This document shows, one piece after another, positions 1-10,252 of a DNA stretch of 46,717 nucleotides. Both the position numbers and the translations under genes were made by a program. Below the pieces are notes generated by a model. It did not search any database, had not been told where the DNA came from, and saw nothing but the letters and a program-made list of their open reading frames with translations. The stretch comes from a virus (taxonomy: Duplodnaviria; Caudoviricetes): positions 1-46,717 of IMG/VR virus record IMGVR_UViG_3300025723_000063; one strand, written 5' to 3'. Position 1 is the first letter of the stretch; each line of letters starts with the position of its first letter.

Positions 1-2
1 CC

Positions 3-272
3 TACGACACAGGCACAAACGTTTCGTTCTACGCCCAGCCCACCGCCGTGTCAGGCGATGTTCGTTGGAAGCCAGACACCCAAACCATTCAGAAGTACGA
101 CGGCACGAGGTGGAATGACGCAGAAGTTGCCTCGGTGCAGATTTCGGTTGCCCTTCAGGGTGCGGAGAACGGCGGTGACAAGCACACCTACGCCCTGACC
201 GACCTAACCACTGGTGACGTGGCCCCAGCGGACACCTACCAAAACGCCACCAACCCAGCCGCATCTTCCTAA
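3..272 (+). CDS. C-terminal end of a virion/tail-associated protein (5' truncated by window)
   Basis: Frame open from base 3 to TAA at 272; Thr/Gly/Asp-rich; directly upstream of tail genes. Confidence 0.55.
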   Translation, partial: YDTGTNVSFYAQPTAVSGDVRWKPDTQTIQKYDGTRWNDAEVASVQISVALQGAENGGDKHTYALTDLTTGDVAPADTYQNATNPAASS

Positions 273-322
273 AATCGCTTTAGTGGGGTAGGATTTAGTC
301 CAAGACACCCCGTTGGAGAGCC

Positions 323-3300
323 GTGACGACTAAGAAGAAGAAAAACACTCACTCAGTCCACACTGGTGGAAAGAAGGGGAATAGCCCCAAGGGTGTGAAC
401 TGGGATTCTAAGGTTCTAAAAGACCTTGGAATCAAGATTACTTCCGTGGTTCCTGCTGGTGGAAAGGCGAGCCACAAGAGCATTATCGCCACGCCGCAGA
501 CGGTTGCCAAGCCGCAGGTCACCAACCTCTCGATTAGTCCGACCAACAACATCCAGTTTGATTTCACCAAGAAGGTTGCCGACGGCAACTACTCGCTCAA
601 CTGGGTTTTCTACGACCCCGACAAGACGGCGCAGGTTGGGTATCAGGTCAGTCTTTTCACTGACCAAGAGTTCTCAAATCCAAACTGGACACCCGACCAA
701 ACGCCCACCATCAAGAAAACGTTTATTGGCAACACCGATGCGAATACCTACAGCCTCGACCCCAACGACGGCTACATCAACGGTGCGCAGTATTGGGCAT
801 GCGTCAAGGTCTGGGCAAAGAAGTCTGGCAAGAACTGGTACAGCGATTGGGCGACGATTGGTTTCACCACCACCATCGTGCAGCCGCAGCCGCCGCTTGT
901 CGCCGTTTACACAGACGGGACAAATGCTCGCAACGCTATCGCCGTACAAACTTCCGACAACCTTTTTTCAGCAGACAACGGCTCTTTCAAGAAAACTTCG
1001 GGCGGATGGACGACCACCCAGAACGGCGTGGATACCGCCGCTACCTCAGTTGGCATTCAAGTCACTTCCATTTCTATTTCCGACCCCCTTTCGCACAAGA
1101 ACACCATCAGCAGCCTCTCGGTTGGTGCGCAGGGTGGCCTTGCCGAGGACATCAACGCATCTGCAACTTCGTTCAAGGTAACGGGTTCCACCAGCGGCAC
1201 GGCGGCAAGCCACGTTGCATTTACGGGAAAAGTGACCAACGGCTCCACCAGCATTACGGGCGTATCGAGCGTCACGGGTCTGATTATCGGCATGGCTATC
1301 TTCGGCGTGGGCATTCCTGCTGGGGCAACTATTACAAACGTGAGTGGCGGAACGACGGTCACTATTTCAGCAAAGGCAACCTCAACGCACAACAGTGCAA
1401 ACTTGGTGGGCAACTACTACAGCGCCGCAGACGCAGTGGGTTTCCCACGCAGCGGTCAGTTTTGGATTCAGATTGGTCAAGAGCGAATCCTTGTAACCAA
1501 CAAGGTGAACGGCAACAACACGGGTGACACCTTCTATGTCATCAAACGTGGCTATCAGGGCACGACGGCGGCATCGCACAGTGCTGGCGCAACCGTGTAT
1601 TACGGGCTTCAGAAGGACATCTACACGGGGTACAGCGGTCAAATCGCCATGATGTACACCTACTCACAAGCCGAAAAGACAACCTCGCACACCTATTACA
1701 CCACCGTGCGTGAGACTTCGGGCGTGGCGGCGACCACTATTCCCCTGAACTACGGCGTTGCTTTCATCGCTTCAAGCAACGGCAAACTCAGCGCCAACGA
1801 TGGTAAGACCATTTACGTCAACGACCCCACTGGAATAATCCAAAAGGGTTCGCAGATACAAATCTCTTACTACACCGAAACAGCGGCGTACACGGCAGTC
1901 AACAACAAGTTGAAGTCCACCACCCCTGCGGAAAACCAGTTCGTCTTTCCCTCGCCAAGCACTTATTTCACTGTAGAGAATGTTGCAGGCGTAAGCGTCC
2001 CAGCGACCACCGTCGTCATTGGCTACGTCAACAACTGGTCAAGCGCCTCGCTCACCCAAAACGGCGGCTACCTGCGGAGTTCGTCAAATCCATTGACACT
2101 TCTCGGCTTTGTTCAGGCCAACAACCTCAGCCTGAACACGTTGGCGGCACTCAATCGTCTGCCCTCTGGTACCACCCTCTACGTCGAAGCCAACGGCGGC
2201 TACTCCATCCCAGGCCAAACCAACTGGAACCGTAGCGGCAGTTACTCGTGCACGTTCACCTTGGCGCAGACGGGCCTAGGAAACAGTTGCGCAGGAATGC
2301 CAGCCTTGTCAATCAAACCAGCCAATAGTGCTGGAACGTTCAACTTGAAGAATGCCCCTGGGTTCTTTTACATTCCAAATACCGCAACCATCTCAGTGAA
2401 AATCCCTGCGCAGACACTGCCTTCCGTGCAGCCACTTACCGTCACGCTCAACGAATCGCTCAACAGCATCAAGGGCCTGAACCTTGCAGTTGGTCAGACA
2501 GTCCGTGTATCAAACGTTCACTACGTCCCAGCAATCAGCCCAACCTATGCCACGGTAGCCTCATCTACGGCATACACGAAGCACTCTGCGCTGAAAACGG
2601 TTGACGACTTCCAAGACTTCTTGGTTGACTACAACACTTCAGCAAAGCCAGTCGGGTTCAAGGCTGCCGTGCTGGGTTTTGGAACGACAACGTTTACGCC
2701 CCTCACAGTAGACGGCGCAACCAATGGTGGAATCTTCAACGCCGTCGCCGTGCCAACTTCCTCTCTTGGCGGCGTGACTGCTGGCTACACCGTTCTGATG
2801 AATGGCCTGCCTCTCGGTACAACTGTCACAAGTACGGTTGCCATCACCTCAGGAACGTACAACGGCTACACGGCAATCTTCTTTGGTAGCAGTACGCAAG
2901 GTGCACAGCCGAACAACACCACCACGACCTACTTCATCAACGACGGCGTGATTTTCTATCCGCCTGCCGCCACGCTCATTTCAGCAACTTATTCGGGTAC
3001 GGGCACGGTTCCCACTCCTGTTCAGAGCATTCCCGTGGTTCCGTTCACCCCCAAGTACGACTACCTGCGACACACGTCCGTGAAGTTGTACAACAACCCC
3101 TTGAATGGTGATGCCTCACTTAGCCTCTCGTGCTCAAACACGGCAGCCGTTGGCGACAGTCTCTCGGACGTGACCATCTTCACCCCACCGCCTTACACAA
3201 ACCAAAACTCCATTCCCGTCAACGCTGGCGTGACCTACGGGTTCTCGGCTATTGGAAAGGCGCTGGCCTGCGGCAACACAACGGCGTGGTTTTCACTGCT

Positions 3301-5176
3301 CATTGACTGGTACGACGAGTTGGGCAACCTTATCTCGACCCACGATGGCTCGCTCAGCATCATCAACTCTGGTGCGTCAAACACCCAAACATGGACAGCG
3401 ACCAAAACTTCTGGCAGCGCCACGCTCACGGGCGTTTCAGCAACCCAGAACCTTGTCGTCGGCGCAAAGATTTCGGGTACGGGCATTCCTTCGTACACCT
3501 ACATCACGGCCTTCTCGTACACCGCCCAGACCGTCACCATGTCACGCAAGGCCACTTCTTCTGGCTCGATTACCGTCACCCAGACCTTGGCGAACCTTGC
3601 CGTTCCAATCGGCGTGGAGAACACCACAAATGCTGGTTGGTCGCCCAACGCCATCGCTGCCATCGCTCCGACGATTGTTTTCACCACCAACGCAACGTAC
3701 CTCGCAAACGACACGTTGACGGGAACCTTGGCATGGACTGGTGGAACGCCTGCCCCTGCGCTCAGTGTGGGCACTTACTTGTCGGTAAACAACGCCGTTG
3801 CGATTCTCACCTCGCAGTCTCCATACAACGCCAATGTCCTTTCGCTGAAGTTTCCATTTGGCGGCGCTCCTGCCAGCGGCACGACGGGCGTGACCGTTCA
3901 GATTTCAGCAAGCCGAGCCGCACCTCGCATCAACGTAAGCAACCTCACCTACAGGGACACCATCACCTTCTGTGGCTTGCAATTCAAGGCGCTCACTCCA
4001 TACTTGCCAACAAGTTCGTACAAAGCGCTCAACACACAGATGCCTGCCCTTTCTGCATCGGCATACGTTTCCACCACAACTGCGGTCAACGCCGACAGTT
4101 CCTTCTCCATCCCCAGCACCACGCCCACGGCTGGCGCTAACAGCATCTACCTGTTCGACCCCACCGCAGATAACGGCAGTCGGGAAATCCACTTTGGCGC
4201 TGGTGAAACGGGTCGAGTTACATACCTGCAAAAGCCAGCGAAAGCAGGCGACACGTCCATCACCGTCCACAATCCCGTGGGCTTCGGTGCAGGTACGACG
4301 CTCTACATTGGAAACAGCACTGACGCTACCTACGAAACCGCCATCATCACGGCTGGTTGGGACGGTTCGCCGCAGATTTCACTGACCGACCCCATCGGCT
4401 TCAACCAAGCAGCAAACACGCCAATCACGGCGCAGACCACACGCATCGCTGGTCACTTCATCAACAATCAGCCCAAGGGTACGTTGGTCGCAGTTTTCAA
4501 CTGGAACAACGACGGCTACGTCAACACGCCGAACACCTCGTACCGCTACAAGATTGAGCGCAGTGACGACGGCACAACCTACAACACTGCATTTGGTGGT
4601 GATGTCGTGGTGGCAGATGGACGGGGCGTTGGCTCTGTGAACGGCACTGGAATCTTCTACGACGTGGAAGTCGTGCCTAACGTCGCCACGGGCTACCGCA
4701 TTACACCATCGTTCTCCGACGAACACAACAACCTCGTCAAGGGCGTGTCGGCAAACGTTGTTGCGCCGCAGTTGACAATCAACTCGTGGTGGATTGCCAG
4801 TTCGTCCGACCCAGACCGCCGCTTCCCCATCCTCGTGCAGAACGCCTTTCAAGAGACGCAAAAGCACCCTGTCGGCGTGTTCTACCCACTTGGTTCCTCA
4901 CGCCCCATCATCGTCCCAGGTGTGGTTCAGGGCCGAGATGCACAAATCACCGTCAAGTGGACGGATAATGCCAACTGGGAGAACTTCGTCTCCCTACTCA
5001 ACCTTGGTGAAACGCTTGTCCTCACTAACCCAGTCGAGGGCACAAAGAAGTACATCCAAATCAGCGACGACGTTACGGTCACACACAACGCTGCGGCTTC
5101 GCCATACCGTGATGTCGCAATCACCTACGTTGAGGCCCCACCGCCCAACGGCTACGGATACACTTACGGTTCGTAA
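323..5176 (+). CDS. Large minor tail / tail fibre-like structural protein (1617 aa)
   Basis: Very Thr/Ser/Gly/Asn-rich beta-type sequence; FN3-like N-terminal part; internal G-x-GIP repeats; C-terminal VFYPLGSSRPIIVPG segment like actinophage minor tail proteins. Confidence 0.75.
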   Translation: MTTKKKKNTHSVHTGGKKGNSPKGVNWDSKVLKDLGIKITSVVPAGGKASHKSIIATPQTVAKPQVTNLSISPTNNIQFDFTKKVADGNYSLNWVFYDPDKTAQVGYQVSLFTDQEFSNPNWTPDQTPTIKKTFIGNTDANTYSLDPNDGYINGAQYWACVKVWAKKSGKNWYSDWATIGFTTTIVQPQPPLVAVYTDGTNARNAIAVQTSDNLFSADNGSFKKTSGGWTTTQNGVDTAATSVGIQVTSISISDPLSHKNTISSLSVGAQGGLAEDINASATSFKVTGSTSGTAASHVAFTGKVTNGSTSITGVSSVTGLIIGMAIFGVGIPAGATITNVSGGTTVTISAKATSTHNSANLVGNYYSAADAVGFPRSGQFWIQIGQERILVTNKVNGNNTGDTFYVIKRGYQGTTAASHSAGATVYYGLQKDIYTGYSGQIAMMYTYSQAEKTTSHTYYTTVRETSGVAATTIPLNYGVAFIASSNGKLSANDGKTIYVNDPTGIIQKGSQIQISYYTETAAYTAVNNKLKSTTPAENQFVFPSPSTYFTVENVAGVSVPATTVVIGYVNNWSSASLTQNGGYLRSSSNPLTLLGFVQANNLSLNTLAALNRLPSGTTLYVEANGGYSIPGQTNWNRSGSYSCTFTLAQTGLGNSCAGMPALSIKPANSAGTFNLKNAPGFFYIPNTATISVKIPAQTLPSVQPLTVTLNESLNSIKGLNLAVGQTVRVSNVHYVPAISPTYATVASSTAYTKHSALKTVDDFQDFLVDYNTSAKPVGFKAAVLGFGTTTFTPLTVDGATNGGIFNAVAVPTSSLGGVTAGYTVLMNGLPLGTTVTSTVAITSGTYNGYTAIFFGSSTQGAQPNNTTTTYFINDGVIFYPPAATLISATYSGTGTVPTPVQSIPVVPFTPKYDYLRHTSVKLYNNPLNGDASLSLSCSNTAAVGDSLSDVTIFTPPPYTNQNSIPVNAGVTYGFSAIGKALACGNTTAWFSLLIDWYDELGNLISTHDGSLSIINSGASNTQTWTATKTSGSATLTGVSATQNLVVGAKISGTGIPSYTYITAFSYTAQTVTMSRKATSSGSITVTQTLANLAVPIGVENTTNAGWSPNAIAAIAPTIVFTTNATYLANDTLTGTLAWTGGTPAPALSVGTYLSVNNAVAILTSQSPYNANVLSLKFPFGGAPASGTTGVTVQISASRAAPRINVSNLTYRDTITFCGLQFKALTPYLPTSSYKALNTQMPALSASAYVSTTTAVNADSSFSIPSTTPTAGANSIYLFDPTADNGSREIHFGAGETGRVTYLQKPAKAGDTSITVHNPVGFGAGTTLYIGNSTDATYETAIITAGWDGSPQISLTDPIGFNQAANTPITAQTTRIAGHFINNQPKGTLVAVFNWNNDGYVNTPNTSYRYKIERSDDGTTYNTAFGGDVVVADGRGVGSVNGTGIFYDVEVVPNVATGYRITPSFSDEHNNLVKGVSANVVAPQLTINSWWIASSSDPDRRFPILVQNAFQETQKHPVGVFYPLGSSRPIIVPGVVQGRDAQITVKWTDNANWENFVSLLNLGETLVLTNPVEGTKKYIQISDDVTVTHNAAASPYRDVAITYVEAPPPNGYGYTYGS
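1219..3560 (+). repeat. Dispersed protein-level repeats in the tail protein (about 1219-1385, 3391-3560, degenerate copy near 2750-2850)
   Basis: TNGSTSITGVSSVTGLIIGMAIFGVGIPAGATITNV vs TSGSATLTGVSATQNLVVGAKISGTGIPSYTYITAF. Confidence 0.75.
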
Positions 5177-5178
5177 CT

Positions 5179-6840
5179 ATGTACAAAAAAGCCACGCAGA
5201 AGTTCATGGACGCTATGAAAGCGCCGAATCGAGCGATGGTGATTGTCAAGGCGCTGAGCATTGATGGCACCACGACTACGATTCCCGTCGTCAGCGGCAC
5301 AGTCACGGTAGACCGAACGTCGTCGCAGTTCCGCCGCTCGATTGATTTCACCACCAACCTGCCGCACATTACGAATCCCGACGGGTCAATCGTCAACCTG
5401 ATTCCCCAAAAGGACACCGACCCACTCAACATCTATGGTCAGCACATCTACGCCTACCGAGGCGTGGTATGGAACCTAAGCGAGATTGACCCACGTCTTT
5501 TCACTGCACCTGCTCCGCTCGACGACCAATGGCTGCGCCCAGCCAACGGCGCATACGAGTTAGTTCCAATCGGCGTTTTCCGCATCAACTCCGTCACCAT
5601 TTCCGAAGATAAAGACGGCGACGTTTCCATTGAGGTTTCTGGCACGGACGTGTCGAACAACATCGGACTGAACCACTGGACGAACCCGACCACCGTGTAC
5701 ACCAAGCCGTACACCGTTCCTGTCGCCAAGAGTGACACCACCAAGGAGCGCAACTACATCGCAGGCACTGTCACCGAAGCCATCAAGATTCTCATCCAAG
5801 ACCGCTGGCCCACCCACCCAGGCGTCTTTGGCCCACCAGAGTTTGATTTCAGTGGCGTGCAGGACGTTCCAATCAAGCACCCCATCATCATGGGTTCCAC
5901 CAACGTCTCAAACTCAGGCTCAAACTCTCCGTGGACTGACATCTCAGGACTAGCAGCGTCGCTTGGTGGCGGACGTGGTGAACTGTTCGTCAACGCTGAG
6001 GGCAAGTTTCAGACCCTCTCCATCCCAGACCCCAACGCCGTTCCACCAGTTTGGGAGTTCCTCGACGGCGACAACAACGGCAATGGTGGTCTGCTCACCA
6101 ACGTCAGCCGTGTTCTTTCCGACAGCAAGACCGTCAACTACGTCATTGCGACTGGTGAAGCCACGAGCGCCAAGACCCCCTTGAAAGCCGTCGCCGTAGA
6201 CGACGACCCAACTTCACCAACCAACTACCTCGGCACATTTGGACGAGTAGTCGGCTACGAACCAGGCCGCAAATTACTGAAAACCCAAGCGCAGGTGCAG
6301 AACGCCGCAGACACATTCCTGTCGTGGTTCACGGGCGGTAACGAATCCCTGACCATCGAGGGTGCGGTGAACCCAGCACTCGACGTGAACGACGTAATCG
6401 CCGTGCGCCGCAAGCGCCTTGGCATCTTCGACCCTGCCGCAACCGTCGCTGTTCTCTCTTCGCAAATCTTCCGCTCCAAGACATACACCACCTTGAACGT
6501 GGTGCCCTTGCAGAAGGACATCGCCAGCGGTGAGCAGTTGGTGATTTACACGGACTACATCACGCAGAACATCACGCTGTCACACCCTGCCCGTAAGGGC
6601 GACAAGTTGATTCAGGTGAACCCATTTACGCCTTCATCTGACTTCCTTGCGTCAACGAACATCAACGACCCGAAGGTGATTGCCAACGGCGGTGCGGTCA
6701 ACTACTACATTGACAAGTTGGTGATTCCACTGGACTTGACGACGGCTCTGAGCATCACTGCCCGTGAGCGCCGCACTGGTACCCGTAAGGATGCAATCCG
6801 CCTCAACGAGTACTCCCAAGTCAACCCGAACAACGCCTAA
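5179..6840 (+). CDS. Minor tail protein (DUF5047-like hub/baseplate-type)
   Basis: IPVVSGTVTVDRTSSQFRRS, ELVPIGVFRI, NYVIATGE, GTFGRV and NPALDVNDVI motifs typical of actinophage minor tail proteins; follows the large tail gene. Confidence 0.75.
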   Translation: MYKKATQKFMDAMKAPNRAMVIVKALSIDGTTTTIPVVSGTVTVDRTSSQFRRSIDFTTNLPHITNPDGSIVNLIPQKDTDPLNIYGQHIYAYRGVVWNLSEIDPRLFTAPAPLDDQWLRPANGAYELVPIGVFRINSVTISEDKDGDVSIEVSGTDVSNNIGLNHWTNPTTVYTKPYTVPVAKSDTTKERNYIAGTVTEAIKILIQDRWPTHPGVFGPPEFDFSGVQDVPIKHPIIMGSTNVSNSGSNSPWTDISGLAASLGGGRGELFVNAEGKFQTLSIPDPNAVPPVWEFLDGDNNGNGGLLTNVSRVLSDSKTVNYVIATGEATSAKTPLKAVAVDDDPTSPTNYLGTFGRVVGYEPGRKLLKTQAQVQNAADTFLSWFTGGNESLTIEGAVNPALDVNDVIAVRRKRLGIFDPAATVAVLSSQIFRSKTYTTLNVVPLQKDIASGEQLVIYTDYITQNITLSHPARKGDKLIQVNPFTPSSDFLASTNINDPKVIANGGAVNYYIDKLVIPLDLTTALSITARERRTGTRKDAIRLNEYSQVNPNNA

Positions 6841-6851
6841 GGTATTTCACC

Positions 6852-7673
6852 ATGTTCGACTACTCCGACCTTGTAAAGCACCTAACAAACAACGGTCATG
6901 AGGCGCTGCCCCCTGTGGACATTCAGCGCATGGGAACCATCGCAGGATACGACCCTCAGTTTGACGATGGTGATGGCGGAACCTACCCAGCGGTAAGTGT
7001 CTACATTGCAGGCTCCGACTACCCCACCCCAGGCTGCCGCTTCTCTTCCCACTACACACCGAACCTTGGTGAAATGGTCATCGTTACCCAAACGGGAAAC
7101 GACGCATACGTTCTCGGCTCCCTGTCGGGCAGCATCAAGCAACTAGCAGGAACGCAGATTACGACGCAAATCGGTGGGGCGATTTCAGTGGTCGCCCACA
7201 AGACGCTGAGTATTGGAACGGCGGCGAAACCACTTGGTTTCCAAGGAACCAACACAGTGAAAACCTCTGGCGGTTACTTCACGGTAACTGGCGCATCGTT
7301 GGTGGCCCCCGTGCTGCCCAATCGGTTGTACAAGGCCGAGGTGACGGCGACGTACACCGTGAGCCTTGGTGTGGCCTCGTACAGTCCTACGGTTTCACTA
7401 GCGGTCAATGCGCCCGTGACGGGGTGGATGTCTTTTGGAAGCGGCGGCTCGACGAATGGCATCACCACCACGAACGGCAGCATCATTGCGTCTGACGAAC
7501 CAGCCACGGCGTTGACCAAGGGCCAGTGGGCGACCAAGTACCCGAACAACACGTTCACATGGCAACTCGGCGTGTTCACCACTGCTTCCAATACGGCCTA
7601 CGCCCCTGCCGTGCAGTTCAACTCGCCCAACAACGTGCAGTTCACCATCTACGACATGGGGCCGAGCGCATAA
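6852..7673 (+). CDS. Minor tail protein / spike-like (N-terminal OB-fold-like segment)
   Basis: YTPNLGEMVIVTQTGNDAYVLG motif as in phage spike-like tail proteins; position in tail module. Confidence 0.6.
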   Translation: MFDYSDLVKHLTNNGHEALPPVDIQRMGTIAGYDPQFDDGDGGTYPAVSVYIAGSDYPTPGCRFSSHYTPNLGEMVIVTQTGNDAYVLGSLSGSIKQLAGTQITTQIGGAISVVAHKTLSIGTAAKPLGFQGTNTVKTSGGYFTVTGASLVAPVLPNRLYKAEVTATYTVSLGVASYSPTVSLAVNAPVTGWMSFGSGGSTNGITTTNGSIIASDEPATALTKGQWATKYPNNTFTWQLGVFTTASNTAYAPAVQFNSPNNVQFTIYDMGPSA

Positions 7674-7723
7674 AGCACGGTTGATTATTCTGAGATTTGG
7701 AAACCGTGATTTAGAATCAAGGT

Positions 7724-8056
7724 ATGCCGTCCAACCCCTACGTCACCGCAGCCCTCATCAGCGCCATCCCAGCGACGTTGACTGCCGCCGCCGCATGGTA
7801 CGGAGCGCACAGGAATGGCAAGCAGAATCATAGGGATTCAGACAAGATTGACCACAAAATAGACAACCTGATTGAGCAGCAGACGCTACGATTTGAGCGC
7901 ATTGACACGAACTTTTCTCGCATGGACTTGCGGTTCGACACCATTGAGGATAAGGTGGAAAGGCATCTCGACTGGCATCGTACAGAGGCCGAGGTGCACC
8001 TACCACTAATGCTCTCAAAGGAGACAAGCAATGGCAACACCAGAGACAAGCGGTAA
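7724..8056 (+). CDS. Membrane protein with coiled coil (DUF2746-like, lysis-cassette type)
   Basis: One N-terminal TM helix, heptad region, VERHLDWH end; leaderless TAGAAT-N6-ATG start. Confidence 0.6.
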   Translation: MPSNPYVTAALISAIPATLTAAAAWYGAHRNGKQNHRDSDKIDHKIDNLIEQQTLRFERIDTNFSRMDLRFDTIEDKVERHLDWHRTEAEVHLPLMLSKETSNGNTRDKR

Positions 8057-8351
8057 CGCTGTCGTTGACGAGTACGGCCTCGAAATCGTGCGCTACGTCA
8101 CCCCAATCCTCGTGGGTTGGTTCATCACCCTTGGAGCCAAGGCTGGCTTCCACATGACCACGGCAGAGGCATACCAGCGTGTGTTCCCCTTCGTGTCGTC
8201 GGGCTACTTCATCATCATCCGCTACTTGGAGACGAAGGTTCCTGAGTTTGGTCGGCTGCTCGGCGTGAAGGCCACCAAGCCTGTCGCTTCCATCGGCGTG
8301 ACTTCAGCAACGGTTGCAGCGCCCACGGAAGGCACCACGCCTAAGGCGTAA
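8031..8351 (+). CDS. Putative holin
   Basis: Two hydrophobic segments; IVRYVTPILVGW and YFIIIRYLETKVPEFGRLLG pattern like actinophage holins; RBS AAGGAG. Confidence 0.6.
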   Translation: MATPETSGNAVVDEYGLEIVRYVTPILVGWFITLGAKAGFHMTTAEAYQRVFPFVSSGYFIIIRYLETKVPEFGRLLGVKATKPVASIGVTSATVAAPTEGTTPKA

Positions 8352-8369
8352 CGCTTCTTCGCAGCAAAC

Positions 8370-8416
8370 AAAGAATCCCCTAGTCACTCCGTTTTGGAAT
8401 GGCTAGGGGATTCTTT
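8370..8416. terminator. Bidirectional intrinsic terminator between convergent operons
   Basis: AAAGAATCCCCTAGTCA...TGGCTAGGGGATTCTTT inverted repeat. Confidence 0.8.
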
Positions 8417-8539
8417 CATCTCATCACCACCCAATCCTCACGTTTGGATGATGATGAGAATAACGGCACGGCAGGTGAGGCGTTAGCAGAGAACGAACCG
8501 ATGATGGTTAGTTCACCTCACCCACCGTGGCGACTTTGG

Positions 8540-9196
8540 CTAGTCGGTCACCTTCACCGTGATGGACACGCCACCCTCGGTGTGCGACAGACCAGCGACG
8601 GTGACACCAGTGATGGGGTCAATGACATCGTTGCCGTTGTAGTCCACGACCTTCTTGATGGTCGCTACGTCAGCCTCACGCTTGACACGAACCCACTCGG
8701 TCTTGCCGTTGGCTTCAGCCCAAGCAAGGAAGGCTTCTACGTCCTCTACGGCGACCTTTGGTGGGGTCATACGGCTCGACACCGTGCCATCGGGGAACTC
8801 CAACTTCTTGCGACCATCGGTCTCGTCCTCACGGACGACCATGAGGTAGTCGCCCAGTAAGCGGTCAAACTTCTCGATGAGGCGGACGTTGCCAGTGGTG
8901 GATGCTTCGACCCAGCGGTTGATGCGGTCAATCTCAGCCTGCGCCTGAGCCTTCACCTTGTCAACGTGACGCTGGGCCTGAGCGAGGCGACGCATGGCCC
9001 ACAGAGCCTCGTCGTCAGTGGTGATGGCGTAAGCCTGAGCCTGCTCGCCTTCGGCGCTCTCGAAACCGACGAGCGTGTCGGGCTGCCCATCGGTGATGAG
9101 CCAGTCAGCGAGGGACATGCCTTCACCAAGGTTGGATACGGATACTTCGGGTACTGCCGATACTGCGGTGGCTTCTGCCGTCATGTCAGTGGACAC
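8540..9196 (-). CDS. gam: Mu Gam-like host-nuclease inhibitor (DNA end-binding); ATG at 9184 is an alternative start
   Basis: ITTDDEALWAMRRLA, coiled coil, KKLEFPDGTVSSR and WVRVKREADVATIKK match the Gam family pattern. Confidence 0.75.
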   Translation of the reverse strand: MSTDMTAEATAVSAVPEVSVSNLGEGMSLADWLITDGQPDTLVGFESAEGEQAQAYAITTDDEALWAMRRLAQAQRHVDKVKAQAQAEIDRINRWVEASTTGNVRLIEKFDRLLGDYLMVVREDETDGRKKLEFPDGTVSSRMTPPKVAVEDVEAFLAWAEANGKTEWVRVKREADVATIKKVVDYNGNDVIDPITGVTVAGLSHTEGGVSITVKVTD

Positions 9197-9254
9197 TTTC
9201 TCTTAGTTGGGATGCTGCATTACTACGGTACTGCATGGGTGTGACACGGCGCAA
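9197..9254 (-). promoter_or_regulatory. Early-type promoter plus leader box
   Basis: TTGCGC-N18 (containing TGTCACA)-TACCGT, then CCAACTAA and AGAAAG RBS. Confidence 0.6.
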
Positions 9255-9800
9255 CTAGGCGCTTACTGCCACCTTGTCGGCGCACTTGGTCAGTGCGTCA
9301 ATCACCTTCGATGCCTTGCGCTTGTCCGCCTTGGCACCTTCGACCTGAGCGAGCAGGTCGGCTGGCACGTCCTTGCGCTTCAGCAACGAGGACATGAAAC
9401 CAATCTGCTTGGCGCTGGCAGGCTCGACGTTGGCAACCGATGCGGTCACCTTCGGCTCTGCCTCACGGCTCGCCTTCGCTTCAGCAAAGGACTTGAACAG
9501 TGCGTCCAAACTTTCCTTCAGGTCAGCGATGGCGTAGGAGACGGTAGCGATGTTGTAGGGAACGCTGTGACGGCTCCTGCCACCGTCCTTGGCGAGGGAA
9601 GCCTCGTGGCGCTCAGCCTTCTCCTTCAACTGTGGGAACTTCTTGGCACGCTCGATGAGCGACTTGGCGTAAGCAATGGACTTGGCGCTGGCACGGTGAC
9701 CAAACTCGAAGTCCGCCTGCTCGTCCTCGTGGCGGAGTTCGTACTCCAACTCACGGTGCTTCTCAAAACTAAATCCGTGTCCGCTACGGTCAAACGCCAT
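9255..9800 (-). CDS. Hypothetical protein (C-terminal PASAKQIGFM..LL motif)
   Basis: 181-aa ORF with AGGAG RBS and conserved upstream promoter. Confidence 0.7.
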   Translation of the reverse strand: MAFDRSGHGFSFEKHRELEYELRHEDEQADFEFGHRASAKSIAYAKSLIERAKKFPQLKEKAERHEASLAKDGGRSRHSVPYNIATVSYAIADLKESLDALFKSFAEAKASREAEPKVTASVANVEPASAKQIGFMSSLLKRKDVPADLLAQVEGAKADKRKASKVIDALTKCADKVAVSA

Positions 9801-9804
9801 TTCA

Positions 9805-9868
9805 TTCTCCTATCAGTTGGATAAATCTCTACCTAACTATTGTGCCACATGGGTGTGACACAAGTCAA
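9805..9868 (-). promoter_or_regulatory. Early-type promoter plus leader box
   Basis: TTGACT-N18 (TGTCACA)-CACAAT, then GATTTATCCAACTGATAGGAG. Confidence 0.75.
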
Positions 9869-9883
9869 GTCTTTTATTCAAGT

Positions 9884-10252
9884 TTACTTGAACACCAAGA
9901 TTGCCTTGGTGTTGCACGCCTCGTCGAGCGCCTTGATGAAGTCCTTGGTAGCGTCCAACCACTCGCTCTCGGCAAGGTCATCGAGCAAACCACGCAAGCG
10001 GCGCTCCAGTCGCCCAGCATCGTCGGGCATGATGTAACCGTCGCAGTCACTGTGCTGCAACACGAACGACAGTGGGTCTTTGGGAGCGTTCGCCCAGAAA
10101 CCCATCACCTCATCGGCAGTCGGGTTGCCAGTCGTGCGCCAGTCGCCTACGTCGGCGGCCTTGGCAATCTCGTCACGCCAGTTGCCGAAGCCACTGTAGG
10201 ACGACGACCAGACGCACTGGTCGGTGATGGTGTTGTAGATTGACAGACCCAT
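9884..10252 (-). CDS. Hypothetical phage protein (HSDCDG motif)
   Basis: MGL start, SYSGFGNWRDEIA and LQHSDCDGYI motifs; overlaps upstream stop codon. Confidence 0.7.
   Translation of the reverse strand: MGLSIYNTITDQCVWSSSYSGFGNWRDEIAKAADVGDWRTTGNPTADEVMGFWANAPKDPLSFVLQHSDCDGYIMPDDAGRLERRLRGLLDDLAESEWLDATKDFIKALDEACNTKAILVFK

Noticed and set aside
349-7591. Many overlapping alternate-frame and antisense ORFs within the tail genes (and similarly across the window)
   Set aside because: Shadows of GC-rich coding sequence; no start signals or recognisable motifs
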